A stretch of DNA of 64,000 nucleotides. It comes from the human T2T-CHM13v2.0 reference genome, Homo sapiens. A model generated the notes under the pieces. It did no database searches, was not told the DNA's origin, and worked only from the letters and a program-made list of their open reading frames with translations. The stretch's first letter is position 1, and the number at the start of each line of letters is the position of its first letter. The position numbers were made by a program, and so were the translations under genes. The DNA lies in assembly GCF_009914755.1 (NCBI RefSeq), contig NC_060925.1. One strand, given 5' to 3'. Shown here in pieces: positions 27,351 through 39,751 of the stretch.

Positions 27351-29126
27351 AAATAATAAATATGTGTTCATTGTTTAATCAGATGCATGTCCCTTATGTA
27401 AGAAAAAAGGTCATATGACAGGGAACTGTGAAAGTATGAAAGTGAAAGTCGTGTGTGTGTGTGAAATACACATACACATTTATAAATATATGTGTATATA
27501 TACATCTGTACACATACATGTATACAATTTAGGCGTAAAATTCCACTTAATGATGCAATTATCTCGTGCTATTTCTGGAGTGCAGTCTTGACTGTTCTTT
27601 CGACTTTGGTCCAGTTTGAGTCTCAGGCACACAACTTTTTGGTCTGTACCGCTTTGGCCTGTCCCAGAATCTGACCTCCTCCCACCCCCGCAGCACCTTC
27701 CGCTGGCCTCCCTACACCTCATCCCCTGGGCTCTGCCTGTTGGATCTGTGCATCGCGAATGGGCTGTCTGGATTTTCTTCATTCCTGCCGCCCTTTGGTT
27801 TTCTTGAAAAGCACAGCTTTGACAGTGACCACATGCTCCCAAAATCATTTCACCCGAGGAAAATCCACCCCTTCTTTTACCCCACCCACTGTCACAAAAG
27901 TCTCCAGCAGCTTCCATGATGTCTCCTTATCTTTGGGTGGGACACAAAATTCCTAGTGTGTCTTCCACCCGCAAACTCTTTTGGCCAAGCTTCTTGTCAT
28001 CTTGCTGCCTTAACACTTGGGCTTGGCTCTTCCAGCCCTAGGGTTTCACAAATTTGGTTAAGTCCAGAGCACATTCATGTGTACGTATGCAATCTATCTG
28101 GTTGGCGTTTTGTGTTTATTACATGACGATGGTCATTTTCCTCGAGAATAAGGAAGAAATGGACCATCGTTGCAAAGCTTGCACAGTAGCTTCACAATGA
28201 AATTATTTTGCCATTTGCTTCTAAGTAGAATTGTAATGTTGGCTTCTAGGTGCACCTCCCACTTCCTCCTTCATTTTTACCTATAATTTCTTTAGCATCG
28301 ATTGAGAAAGTGTTTATTCAGGGCATAACCCTGTGATAGGTACTGTGAGCGATATGAAAAAAGCCATGGGGCCAACTCTTTTAAAAAGGTGTTAATTGGA
28401 TTTTTCCCATATAAAACCCCCCATAGCATTTTATTTCCTAACTCTGCTTCTCACCGTCAACTTCATTTGCCTATTTAATGCAATTTGCTTCTCATGATAA
28501 GATTCTATTAAGTGATTATTAAGACATTCTGAGTTACCTCAGCCAAGTACATCTATAATCATTACCTACCTCCTGGGGGTGATTTGAGGTGTAATTAGTT
28601 AAAGCTCACTGTTACCTCCCAACATCTGAACGACAAACAGAGACCACTTCTACACAGCCAGTCTGTGAGCCTGGTGCAGCCTGTTCACATTTACATAAAT
28701 CCCATAGATCCAGGTTTCACGAGAGCCCATGTTGGGTCTGTAGAAATAGAGAGCATACTGAAAATTGCCTACCTCTATTTATATCAAATTGTACCCCTGA
28801 GGGTTAATTTCTTTTGGTTTCTAAGTGATATTATTTAATAGCCCTAACGTTAGTGTTAATAAAACAAACACAATAAACCTCCACTAAAAATTGAGATATG
28901 CTGGAACAAATCAGCCTAGCACGACCCTCAAACCTCTTATTCTTTCAGTCCTTCAGAACCATTTATTGAACTTCTACTGTATGTGAAGCACTGGACTAGG
29001 CTCTAAGGCTGTGAAATTCAGAAAGAAAGTCACTTGTCCTCAAGGAATTTATAGTCAGCAAATTTCACAGATGGTGATAATGACTTTTAGAAAACTTTCA
29101 CATTTACTCAAAAGCCTATCTAGTAT

Positions 29127-29412
29127 TGAGGGGGTGAGGGGGGGTGAGAGAGAGGGTGAGAGGGGGTGAGGGGGGTGGGGGGTGAGGGGGGGTTAGGGGG
29201 GTGGGGGGTGAGGGGGGTGAGGGGGTGGGGGGTGAGGGGGATGGGGGGTGAGGGGGGTGGGGGGTGAGGGGGGTGGGGGGTGACGGGGGATGAGAAGGGG
29301 GAGGGTGAGGGGGGATGGGGTGGGGGGAGGGTGAGGGGGTGGGGGGAGGGGGAGAGGGGGAGGGGGGAGGGGGGAGAGAGAGAGAGAAGGGGAGAGAGAG
29401 AAGAGAGCGAGC
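29127..29412 (+). repeat. G-rich degenerate tandem repeat (G-runs separated by TGA/T) grading into (GA)n
   Basis: GAGGGGGTGAGGGGGGGTGAGAG...; almost no C on the + strand over about 280 bp. Confidence 0.95.
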
Positions 29413-29939
29413 AGGAGGCTCCAAGTGGTTTAAATACTTTATTGATGAAAGTTCTCAAGTCAAATACCAAAGGCCCCAGGGCTCCTGGGATCTTTTCTCA
29501 TGGAGAGCTACTTTTAGCCCATGGAAGATTAGAGACATTTAATTAGGAGGAGGAGGTGAACTGTTTCAGTAGGCACACAGACAAGAAGAAGGAGAGACAT
29601 GGATAGCATCCTTGTAATAAGTAATCAGGTAGAAAAACTGAAAGAAAAAAAGAAACAAGAATTCATGGAGCATTGCAGTGTGGAGATATTTAGTATAAAG
29701 GCAAATAGCTTTGTAAACCCCAATGGTCTTGAGGGTTTCAATTTGCATTACAGCACAGTACAATAATTTATTTTCATAATGACTGGAACACACGAAGGCA
29801 ACTTTAGAACATGGCTACTAGGCAGTAGAATAGGGAATAGAGAATGATTTCCATCAAAAACTATTTCTAGAAATTTAAATCAGTCTTAAAATGATTTAAA
29901 TCAGTTCTTAAAGTAATGCTTCAGTTATAAGATACAGTA

Positions 29940-30090
29940 GGCAAATTCTAATTCAATATAAAAAAGTGCTTTCTAGCCATTTTAGCCTCCTTTAAAGCGG
30001 ATTTATTGACCTTGGGAGGTGGTGAGCTTTCTGTGGCTTAGAGGAACGTAAGCTAAGTGCAGACAGCCACCTATGAGAACGCTGCAGAGG
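29940..30090 (+). mobile_element. L3/CR1 3' fragment
   Basis: TTCAATATAAAAAAGTGCTTTCTA...CTTGGGAGGTGGTGAGCTTTCTGTGGCTTAGAGG...CAGCCACCT. Confidence 0.55.
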
Positions 30091-30104
30091 GACTTTGAAA
30101 GTCC

Positions 30105-30297
30105 ACCTGCTGGTCAAATCCAGACTGCCGCAAATTTTGTACAGCCTGAGAGCTAAGAATAGTCTTTACATTTTAAACTGAAATTGTAAAATTAAAAAAA
30201 GCCTTTTAGTGAGAATAGTTGTTCAATTTTGCCTCCACCCACAAAGCCTAAAATGCCAACTATCTGCTCCTTTACAGAAAAACTTTGCCAACCCCTA
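30105..30297 (-). mobile_element. MER58-type hAT MITE
   Basis: GCTAAGAATAGTCTTTACATTTTAAA...AAAGCCTAAAA...CTATCTGCTCCTTTACAGAAAAACTTTGCCAACCCCT. Confidence 0.75.
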
Positions 30298-31323
30298 CTC
30301 TAAGGAGTTGCTCTTTCCCAACTCTGAGGCTCCGGGAGCTGAAGCACACCTCATTTTCTCATGAAGGCTCAATGAAAATGACTCAATATTAAAACTGCTT
30401 TACTCTGGCCAGGGTAGAGCATCCTTTTAGATACTGACAGTCTCTGGAAATCGGCCTTGATCTAGTGTTAGGTAACGCTTGCTGGGATATACAAATATCA
30501 GATTTCGTACTTCTCAGTCTTACAAATTAAATTTTATACTTTCAGATTTTATTCACTGGCTAGGGAGAAAGACAACTCCATGCGCTTCACTGAGTAAATA
30601 GCAGAAACAGGGCGTATTTCAAAGCCACCCAGACCTCCCCTTATGTCAATGCCACAAACAAGGCCCAGTGAGCTCTGGGCCATTCTTAGGGGTTCCACCA
30701 GGGAAGATGGTAGAGGTGAGGTCATCGTCTCTTGATGGTAGATGCACAGGCCAGGGACCATTATATTATTTTTACCCTAAAAGAGAAATGCCCTTAGGAA
30801 ACAAAAGTGTTCATAGTTTTCTCAAATTTTTTCTCCTATGTTTTTCCCTCTAAGTCTGGGGGTAAAAAACTCTTAGCTTAGAGAAATGCCATCTCCACCT
30901 ATTCTGCCTTTGCTGAGAGATTAGCAACCCTTGAAAGGCTTTGGTCTCCAGGCATGCCGGGGGCAGGAAGAAAATGTCTGGTCTTGTGACTCTCCCAGGT
31001 GTGAAGTGATGGTTTCAGTAATGTCAGTGTGATTCCTGGGTCTTAGAAAGAAAAATAAAGCAGAAGAAAACCCTGGCATAACCCAGTGAATGGTAGCTTA
31101 ATGTCATAAATTCCATGGCTCAAGTCAGAACAACAGTCTTTGGAGGATTTCATTCTCTCCAAGGACAAATACGTGTTTCCAGTTGGTTTTATAAATGTGT
31201 ATCTATGTGTGTTTGCATCTTTCCTGTGGCAGAGTGCCTAGACACGGGCAAGTCATCTGTGGATAACAGCATGCAGCATGTGACATGAAAAATCACACAT
31301 TGTATGTTTAATTGCTTCAAGGC

Positions 31324-31326
<3 letters not shown>

Positions 31327-31362
<36 letters not shown>
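31327..31362. repeat. (AC)18 microsatellite
   Basis: Perfect dinucleotide run. Confidence 0.97.
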
Positions 31363-31364
<2 letters not shown>

Positions 31365-31679
31365 CAGCTTAGTGCTGTGTGACTTCTGCCACTGCCTCCT
31401 ACCCTATTTGTCAGATTACAGGGACACAGAGCAAAGTTTACTGCACACAAAAAAGCCAAACTAATGCTACGAGCCATGCATGGATTCTCCCTGTCTTCCA
31501 TTTAGAAATCCCCGAGTAAAAAAGGATTATGGTCCTATCACATTTTACTAAACATTCATTCTGTGACCCAAATAGCTCCTGAAGACACAGTTATCACCCA
31601 CTGTGGGTGCTTTCTTTGTGACTATTTTCAAAGGCATCTGCGGGATAGGCTAGAAATATCAAAATATCATTTGGAGATA

Positions 31680-32110
31680 AACTGTGGTCAGGACCTATAA
31701 ATAGCTGCTTCCCTTTAGTGTCTCCGCCCCCCTGTTCCCTGGTCCCCCCTTCGCTCCATACTTCTGCCCTTCACCTTCTTTTTTTCTCACACACAGGATC
31801 ACATGCTCCTCCCGGGTAATGGACTTGGACCACGTGCATAAGAAATGGCAATCTGGACGGGCACATTTCCTCTGTCACAGAACTGTGTCTTGTATCCCAG
31901 CATCCTCCCCACCTCCTTCCCGTGGCCCTGTTTCACAATTAGAATGCAGCTCGGAGTGGAAAGAACTGGCACCCAGCAGATGGCTGCAGGCAGTACCTTC
32001 ACGCAGCCCCGACGCCCACTCCTCGGCAGCAAGAACTGGGGAGCGCCATATGTCAGAGCTGCCGCCGATGCCAGCAGAAGGGAGGCTTTGTTCTTTTGAT
32101 GGGTTTGTTT
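31680..32110 (+). promoter_or_regulatory. Candidate regulatory element: TATA/MEF2 site, GC box, strong 3' splice site, CTCF-like motif
   Basis: CTATAAATAG (31695-31704); CTCCGCCCC (about 31722); CCTTCTTTTTTTCTCACACACAG|G (AG at 31795-31796); CCAGCAGATGGCTG (31973-31986); locally raised CpG. Confidence 0.45.
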
Positions 32111-32831
32111 TGAAAGGGGAACATAAATAATACACACCCACCTCTCCTTCCCCAGCAATCTGGGCAGAGCTTGCCGGCAGTCCTTGTGGCTCAAAGTGCC
32201 CCAATTGTTCCCTGAACATGGCTGAGTATGAGGGCTGGTCTTGGCCACCAGATGGATTAAGTCTGATTAATTTTCAACCGTAAATAATGCTTTTCTCATA
32301 TTTAATCAGTGAATACTTAATCAGCTTTTCCCTGGGAAAAAAAAATCATGTTTCCCTAAAAAATTAAGATATTTGTTTTCACACAATCCAAAAAGCTTCT
32401 TGCAAAGTCTATTGGAGCGATGGATGGCCCACCCCCTTGACTAATGTGTGTGTGTGCAGGCGTGGAGGGGAAGGCTGAGGCCGGAGTGTGTGCAGAAGGG
32501 AGAGGAGCGGGGTCAGAATGACCTCGTGGCTCTTGAGGAAAACAGTCCAGTGAAGGAGCGTCCAGGTCTGTCCTGCCACCAGCTGGCCAGGTTTGTTTCT
32601 CCTCCAGAAATCCTGCATGTTCTCAAAGTCACTCACTTCAAGCTGTGAAGAGCGTCCCTAAGCCCCGAGAAGGCAGCACAACCTTGCTCACCACTTATTC
32701 AGGCCGGGCAGTGCTGGGCACATCATAAATCCTCAGTAATTTCGGTTGGATAAGTGAATTGTGGTTAAATGAATGACTGCTTCTTGGGTTAAATTCTTGA
32801 TAGCTTAAAATGTGTTTTGGGAACACATGGT

Positions 32832-32858
32832 TGTGTGTGTGTGTGTGTGTGTGTGTGT
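32832..32858. repeat. (TG)13 microsatellite
   Basis: Perfect dinucleotide run. Confidence 0.95.
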
Positions 32859-32902
32859 TTGAGTGTATATAAGTATACAAAAAGGAGCTAAAATAATCCA
32901 TC

Positions 32903-33138
32903 TATAGAATGTACAGCACCAAGAGTGAACTGCAATGTAGACTATAGACTCTGGGTGATAATGATGTCTCAGTGTAGGTTCACTGATTGTAACACATGCA
33001 CCCTTCTGAGGAGGAGGTTGATAATGGGGAAGCTGTGCATGCATCGTGCAGGAGGTATTTGGGAATTTTCTATACCTTCTGCTTTAATTTTGCTGTGAAC
33101 CTAAAACTGCTCTAAAAAACAAGTTATATTAATTTAAT
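32903..33138 (+). mobile_element. L1MC-type 3' end
   Basis: AGAATGTACAGCACCAAGAGTGAAC...TTTTGCTGTGAACCTAAAACTGCTCTAAAAA; TSD-like AAAATAATCCAT/AAAATAATCTAT. Confidence 0.85.
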
Positions 33139-34947
33139 AAAATAATCTATTCAAGGTATTAATCATGTTTAATATTATTTATTGCTAGTCTCTATTTTCT
33201 GTTTTTCATGTATTGTTTTTATTATTAGAAAAAAATTAGCTTTATTTGGAAAAGGAAGCAAACATGTAACATTTGTCTTACGAGTCTCAGGGCTGAAGAG
33301 TATGCTGGTAAGAAGGAAAAATAAACCAAAGCAATATCAATCATCATCATCACAGTAGTTGCAATTTATAAAGAAACTAGAGTGGATGCCCTGTGGAAGA
33401 CACTGTTTTATTTTACATGCATGAACTCATGTAATCCTTATGACCGCACTATGAAATAGTAACTGTTATTAACGCTTTCCACAGAAAGAAAATCCATTAA
33501 TGCAAACAATTTATGTTTTTAAACAGTGTGCATAGTGCAAAAATAAATGAATAAACACAAAATACAATTTTGCAACACTAGCATGTAACTGACAACCAGG
33601 CTCTGAGGTACTAGCAGCATCAGGAAGTCCACCTGAGGGACAACACCTGCCTTGTTGGTTTTGAGAGGAATAAATAACATATAGAAGTTTCAGGCACTGT
33701 CCCTGGCTTTGAGCTGGGACTTAATGAATGGTGGCTGTTTCCTAAAACCAGTGGTCCAGTCTTTCCCACAGTTTCTCTGGGATTTTTTAGGGGATGAATT
33801 GGTAACATCTTAGGCTTCAACTGCAGCATCTGGAAATACCAACAACAACAATAACAACAATAAAATGACCACTTTTGAGACTTAAGTGTGGGTCAACCCT
33901 GTGGTAGGTTTTATAGCTGTTACCTCAGTCATTTCTGTCTACTAACTGTGCTGGTCCAGTAGCAACCTGTATTAATTCCATGTGCCAGACACAGTGATAT
34001 CAACTGGGCTTTCTGTAAACACCATGAGATTGCCAAATGCCTTCTGAAGAACCACCACTTCCTAAAATTCATGTTCCATGCCATTGCAGTGTAAAATTGA
34101 TTTTCTTTGAAAAATGTTACCTCTTTCAAAGTCAGTAATCTGTACAGAGTTGTCACGTCCACTAATTCAACTATTTGCTGAAAGTTCACAGATCATGCAC
34201 TCAACGAATAGAATGGGCAGCTGTGAGATTCTGTAGAGGGTAGAGAGCACTCAAGTTCAGAAGACCCAGTATTAATTCTGACTCTGCTGCTCACAAGTTG
34301 GGTAACATAGGGCTTCAGTTTTCCCTACCATCCATTTGCTTCCAGCTAGGACATTTCATGAGTCTGAGCTAACAGAGCCTTTAGGGGAAAATTAGGCAGC
34401 AAACCTTTCCTCTAAGACAGGGGCATTATGTAGGCCCAAATCCCATAGGTTCATGAAGCCTGTGCTCTGGCATGATGGCTTGGTCTGCCTGTCATCAGAA
34501 ACCCTACGCTTATTAACTCAACAAACTTCTGTGGGTGCCTGCTGTGTGGCAGGCATGGGACAGTACTAGAATGACAGAAGATCTGGTCCCTGCCCTCAGG
34601 GAGCTTGCAACCTAGTGCTCAGTCTAGATTGGGCCAGGTCACTGGAGGGCTCAACATCCCCTGACTTTTGGGAAATGGAGCAGAAGAGGGATCTTACAAC
34701 TCAGAAAAAGGTATCTCAGACAATTTAAAGATTACCAGCCCAGAAATGAACGGATCAAGCAGCTCTGCAATGTTGCAGGAGGAAGGGAGATGAAGGAATT
34801 ACATCTTTCTTTTAAGATATTTGATTCCTTTCTCCAGGCCCCTTTGTGCAAACCCCCCTGCAAGCTCTGACAGAGTTACTGTTCTAAAACGTTGATAGCT
34901 TTGGGTTGCTCTTCAACAACAAATCATTGGCTCTCCATTCGCCATAG

Positions 34948-35367
<420 letters not shown>

Positions 35368-35894
35368 TCCCAGAGGTGTACTCTCATCCTGTTGGTTGTT
35401 TCTCATTTCCTGAAGGTCTGTACTCCCTCTTCTCCTCATAGGTCCAATTCAAATATTATCTTTCTTGATAAGATTACCCCTAACTTACACACACATTTGT
35501 TCCGCTTAGCTCAACAAAACATTCACTGTGTTCCTTTTCTTCCAGTACCTAGCACATTGCCTTAGACATGCAGGCATCCTCATGAGGCAAATCCTCAGAT
35601 CATGAAGTGATTTTGAATGAAATCACTAATAGATGACTCTAATTTGCAGACCAGAGTTTTATCTTGCATGCCAAACCCTGTCAATTGATAGCAGCTTGCT
35701 GGAGCACAGTGCAAAGAAGGATTTTAATGCAACATTTTGGTATACCAGGAAAAGCATGGTGATTGATTCATGATGTCTATTGCAGTCACAGGAGGGAAGG
35801 AGGGAACGACAACATGCATGCCATTTTCTATCCTTTCACTGGATACTTCCAAAGGGCACATACCTTTTTGTGGTTGTTAATATAATCTTAATCG

Positions 35895-36200
35895 TTTATT
35901 TTCTTTTATTTTTTAGAGACAGGGATTTTGCTCTGTCACCCAGGCTGGAGTACAGTGGTAAGATCATAGCTCACTGCAGCCTTGAACTCCTGGGCTCAAG
36001 CGATCCTCCCACTTCAGCCTCCTGAGTAGCTAGGACCACAGGTGCACACTATTGTGCCCAGCTAATTTTTTAAAAATTTTTTGTAGGGACAGGGTCTTGC
36101 TATGTTGCCAAGGTTGGTCTTGAACTCCTGGACTCAAGCAATCTTCTTGTCCCGGCCTCCCAAAACACTGGATTACAAGTGTGAACCACTGTGCCCAGCT
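35895..36200 (-). mobile_element. AluJ
   Basis: ATCATAGCTCACTGCAGCCTTGAACTCCTGGGCTCAAG. Confidence 0.92.
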
Positions 36201-37572
36201 TGTTTATGATTTTTTTTTTCTGTCAGTATAATATGCTGTTGGTTGCTACAGTTATTCTTCTGTGTGTTGTTCTCATTGACTTCATCCACATTTGGCCTAT
36301 AGATGCTTGCAGGCTTGCACTTCTATAAAAGTTCCTGTCATCCATAGCTCGGGCTAAATAATAAGCAAAAATAAATCTTTTAAAAAGCAGCTGTATTAAT
36401 ACCTTCCATTGATATTTGGAATGATTAAGGTATAATTACTTGGAATTTTTGTTTTCAATGCTCTGAGCCTCGAATGCTGCTGATTGCATAACTAATCCTG
36501 CCTAATGCGTCTCTACACTCAATTAATAACATGTTCTGGATGCCTAACAATGAAGCACAGTCTGATTTTCATACAGCTATTTGGAGAGCAAAATGCTCTT
36601 GCAAAAGACTAAATATACCTCTTCCCATCCTTATTTGGGTGCCCACAACAGAGAAATTCATGCCTGAAGCTCAAGCCAGGGCCCCTGACTCTGTAGAGGT
36701 GATTCGCAATGAGGTTTCTTTCTAATGCAAGTCAGGTGGCCACGCAGTGTCCTGTGATCAAAGTCAACTCAAGTAAAAGAAGGAAACCTCCCGAGTTGAG
36801 GCTAAAAGCAGGTTTTATTCCCTCTGTGTTTTTTGTTTTGTTTTGTTTTGTTTGTTTTTGATTTTTTTTCCACTTTCTCCGTAGGCTCTGAAAGTGATTA
36901 TCTTCCCAATCAGGGAACAACCACTGCAAAGGAATGCAATCCTTGTAAAGCCCCGGGGCACACAGGTTTCTCTAACCAGCAGCATACTTCCCAGTGTGAG
37001 GGGCTGCCTGGGATGTCTCCACTGCCAAGGGACGAGGGAGGGAACAGAACACAGCTCGGATGCCAATGCTCCGCTGGAGGGGAGGCGGCTGCCATTTGAA
37101 TTGATGCTTTTTAAAATCTCCTGCTGGGGAGAAATGGGGAAGTGCTAATGGACCTAATGAACCAAGCCTCCCAAGGAAGCGAGAGAGAGCGGTCCCATCA
37201 GCCGGATCATTTAAAACTAGAGCAAGGAAAGCACTTCGGAACAATATAGTATGGGCAGGAACACAACATAGGCAGGAACTCAGAAATTGAGGAACTGGCC
37301 ATCAGCCCTTTAGCCCTGAAACAAGTTATGTAGTGTATTTCCAGCACAGAGACTGCTTGTGGGTGATTAGTTGCAAACAGGGGTCTCCACGTGCCTTGGG
37401 AAGGCAAGGAGAGTTCGCAACTCTAGCCTGCAGTACAGGGGGATGAGGGAGGGCGCAGGGCAGCTGGGGCTGTGTCCTCACCCAGACAGCCCCCTCCCTG
37501 AGTGCACGTCCCCTGACCATCTCAGCCTTGTCTGTGGGCATCAACGGGGCACCTGCCTCCCCCTTGGCCCCT

Positions 37573-38036
37573 TGAATTAGTTTCCTATGCTGCTGTAACA
37601 AACTTCAATACACTGAGTGGCTTAAAACAAAGCACATTTATTCTCTCACAGTTCTGGAGGTCAGAAGTCCAAAATGGGTCTCATTTGGTTAAAATCAAGG
37701 TTGTTGACAGGGTTTCGTCCATTCAGGAGACTCTAAGAGACAACTCATTACCTTGACTTTTCCAGCTCCTAGACACCACCTACATTCCTTGGCTCATGGC
37801 TCCTTCCTCCATCTTCAAAGTCAATAACGTAGCATCTTCAAACCTCTCTCTGACCTTCCTGCCTCCCTTTTGCTTTTATAAAGACCCCTGTGATTACATT
37901 GAGCCCACCTGGACAATTTCCGTATCTTAAAATCCTTAAGCGCATCAGTAAAGCCCCTTTTGTCATGTAAGGTAACATATTCGCTGAATCCAGGGTTTAG
38001 GGCATGGACATCTTTGGGGGCCATGATTCTGTCCAC
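37573..38036 (-). mobile_element. MLT1D-type MaLR solo LTR
   Basis: ATTAGTTTCCTATGCTGCTGTAACAAA...TGTCATGTAAGGTAACATATTC...GGACATCTTTGGGGGCCATGATTCTGTCCACC. Confidence 0.88.
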
Positions 38037-38999
38037 CCCATCTCCCTACAGTCTCAGCAGCCAGGGTGTCAGAAGCACTAGGCTGTCCCAGGGTTGGAGC
38101 TCCAGAGCCACAGTGAGGGTGAGTCAGATAGGACCAGGGATGGCATGGCTGGCATTTCTTTACCAGATGGATGGTGTGGCTGGCATTTACTTGAGCTTGC
38201 CACTTCATCCACTGATCCTGTCTGGCTCAAATACTGCAACTCCTGGGACAGCCTCACACTTCTGCCACCTTCTAGATGGACAATTCACCAGGAGTGTAGA
38301 CCCCCTCTGCCCATACCCATGAGTTTGGGCCCCCTCAGGCATAACTCTTCCCTGCTATGCCTCAAGTTTGCCTTCTCCCTAGGGCTTGGCAGATGTAGAG
38401 AATTAATAAACTATTTCCCCTGCCCTCTCTTCCTCATCCACTTGCTAGAAGCAGTCCTTGAATCTCTGTGACACAAGGCGTGCTTGAGTCCGGGCATACC
38501 CTGTCAGAAATTAAAATACACTTTCCAATAAAAACAGCATTAATAATCACAAACAGAAATCACTAAAATTGTACTGTGCTCAAGGTCCATTATGTGCTAA
38601 ACGGATTTGTTGGGTGGCTGAGACATGCCCTTCACCTTCACCTTCATTTCTACGGCAAAAGTGCTGCTGAGCAGCAGACATGCATCGGCTGGCCTCATCT
38701 GAATGGTGGTTTTCCAGCGACTGTGATGAACTTACTATTTCACTGCATCGCCTGGCCCACACTCATCCCTCTATTACTGCTCTGCTAAATCACTCCCTTC
38801 CTAGGGGTTTTATTATTTCAATGGTCACTTCAGTTACCTCACTATGTTGTAGAGACACGGCACGTGCCTCTTTGCCTTACAGAAAGAATTTACAACATTG
38901 GGACCTCAATCTAAGGTTAATGGAAAGAGCAGGGAAGTACAATTAATGGGCAAGCTGTTAAGCTCCATGTAGCCTTGTACAGCGGATGAGAAAAGTATC

Positions 39000-39615
39000 T
39001 GGTGGTGATTGAATCTGGGCTCAAGTCAGACTTTCCTGAAGGTTAATCCTAATTCTGCCATTTCCAAGTATGTGACTTGGGGAAACAGAAATAGAACCTC
39101 TCCATGTCTCAGCCTCCTTGTCTGTAAAAGGGAGATAACAATATAAATGCAGCAGAAGGCAAGTGGTTGCCTACCCAACAGCTGTGCCCAAAGCCTCTTC
39201 CTTGCCTTGAATGCAGCAGACACACACTCTTTGGTGTGTCTTCTCCCTTGCAGCTAGGGGCAGCCATGCCACTTAGTTCTAACCAAGGGGCTGAAAGTGG
39301 ACATCTGCTGGGGACCCTGGGGAAATCGTTTCCTCCATAATCATAGGCATAGGAGGAGATTCCTCTTTCTCTTACTTTTCTCTCCCCCGCTTTGGAGGGT
39401 GTCAAGAGAGAATGTGATATTTGGGGCTTCCATAACCATGTCACCATGAAGACAAAGCCAAGAGAGTGTAGAGATGCCCAACTCATGTCCTGGTTGCTAA
39501 ATTACCCTGGAACTGCTCACCTCTTTGTTAGGGGAGAAGATTAAATGACTCTACGATTTAGGCCACTGTCGGCTGAGTGTTCAGATTCTTGAGTCTTAAT
39601 GCATTCTAACCAATA
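39000..39615 (+). mobile_element. MIR fragment followed by an old MLT1 (J/K-like) LTR
   Basis: MIR GTCTCAGCCTCCTTGTCTGTAAAAGGGAGATAAC; MLT1 CCCTTGCAGCTAGGGGCAGCCATG...ATGCATTCTAACCAATA. Confidence 0.6.
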
Positions 39616-39751
39616 TAAATTCCGATCTCAGAAGAAACAGGAACTCAGATCATGCATATCAAGTGCCTGGCACAAAGCTATTATTCCAATAAATGATAAC
39701 CTATAATTCTCATTATTAATACCTGGGGAAAATTAAGATATACTGTTATTT

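Noticed and set aside
29127-29412. Possible SVA hexamer head or interstitial telomere
   Set aside because: No adjacent Alu-like, VNTR or SINE-R domains; only one TTAGGG and no hexamer periodicity
29116-29546. Pro-rich and Gly-rich ORFs resembling extensin/formin or GAR proteins
   Set aside because: Translations of the G-run repeat, which has few stop codons by composition; no splice or codon evidence
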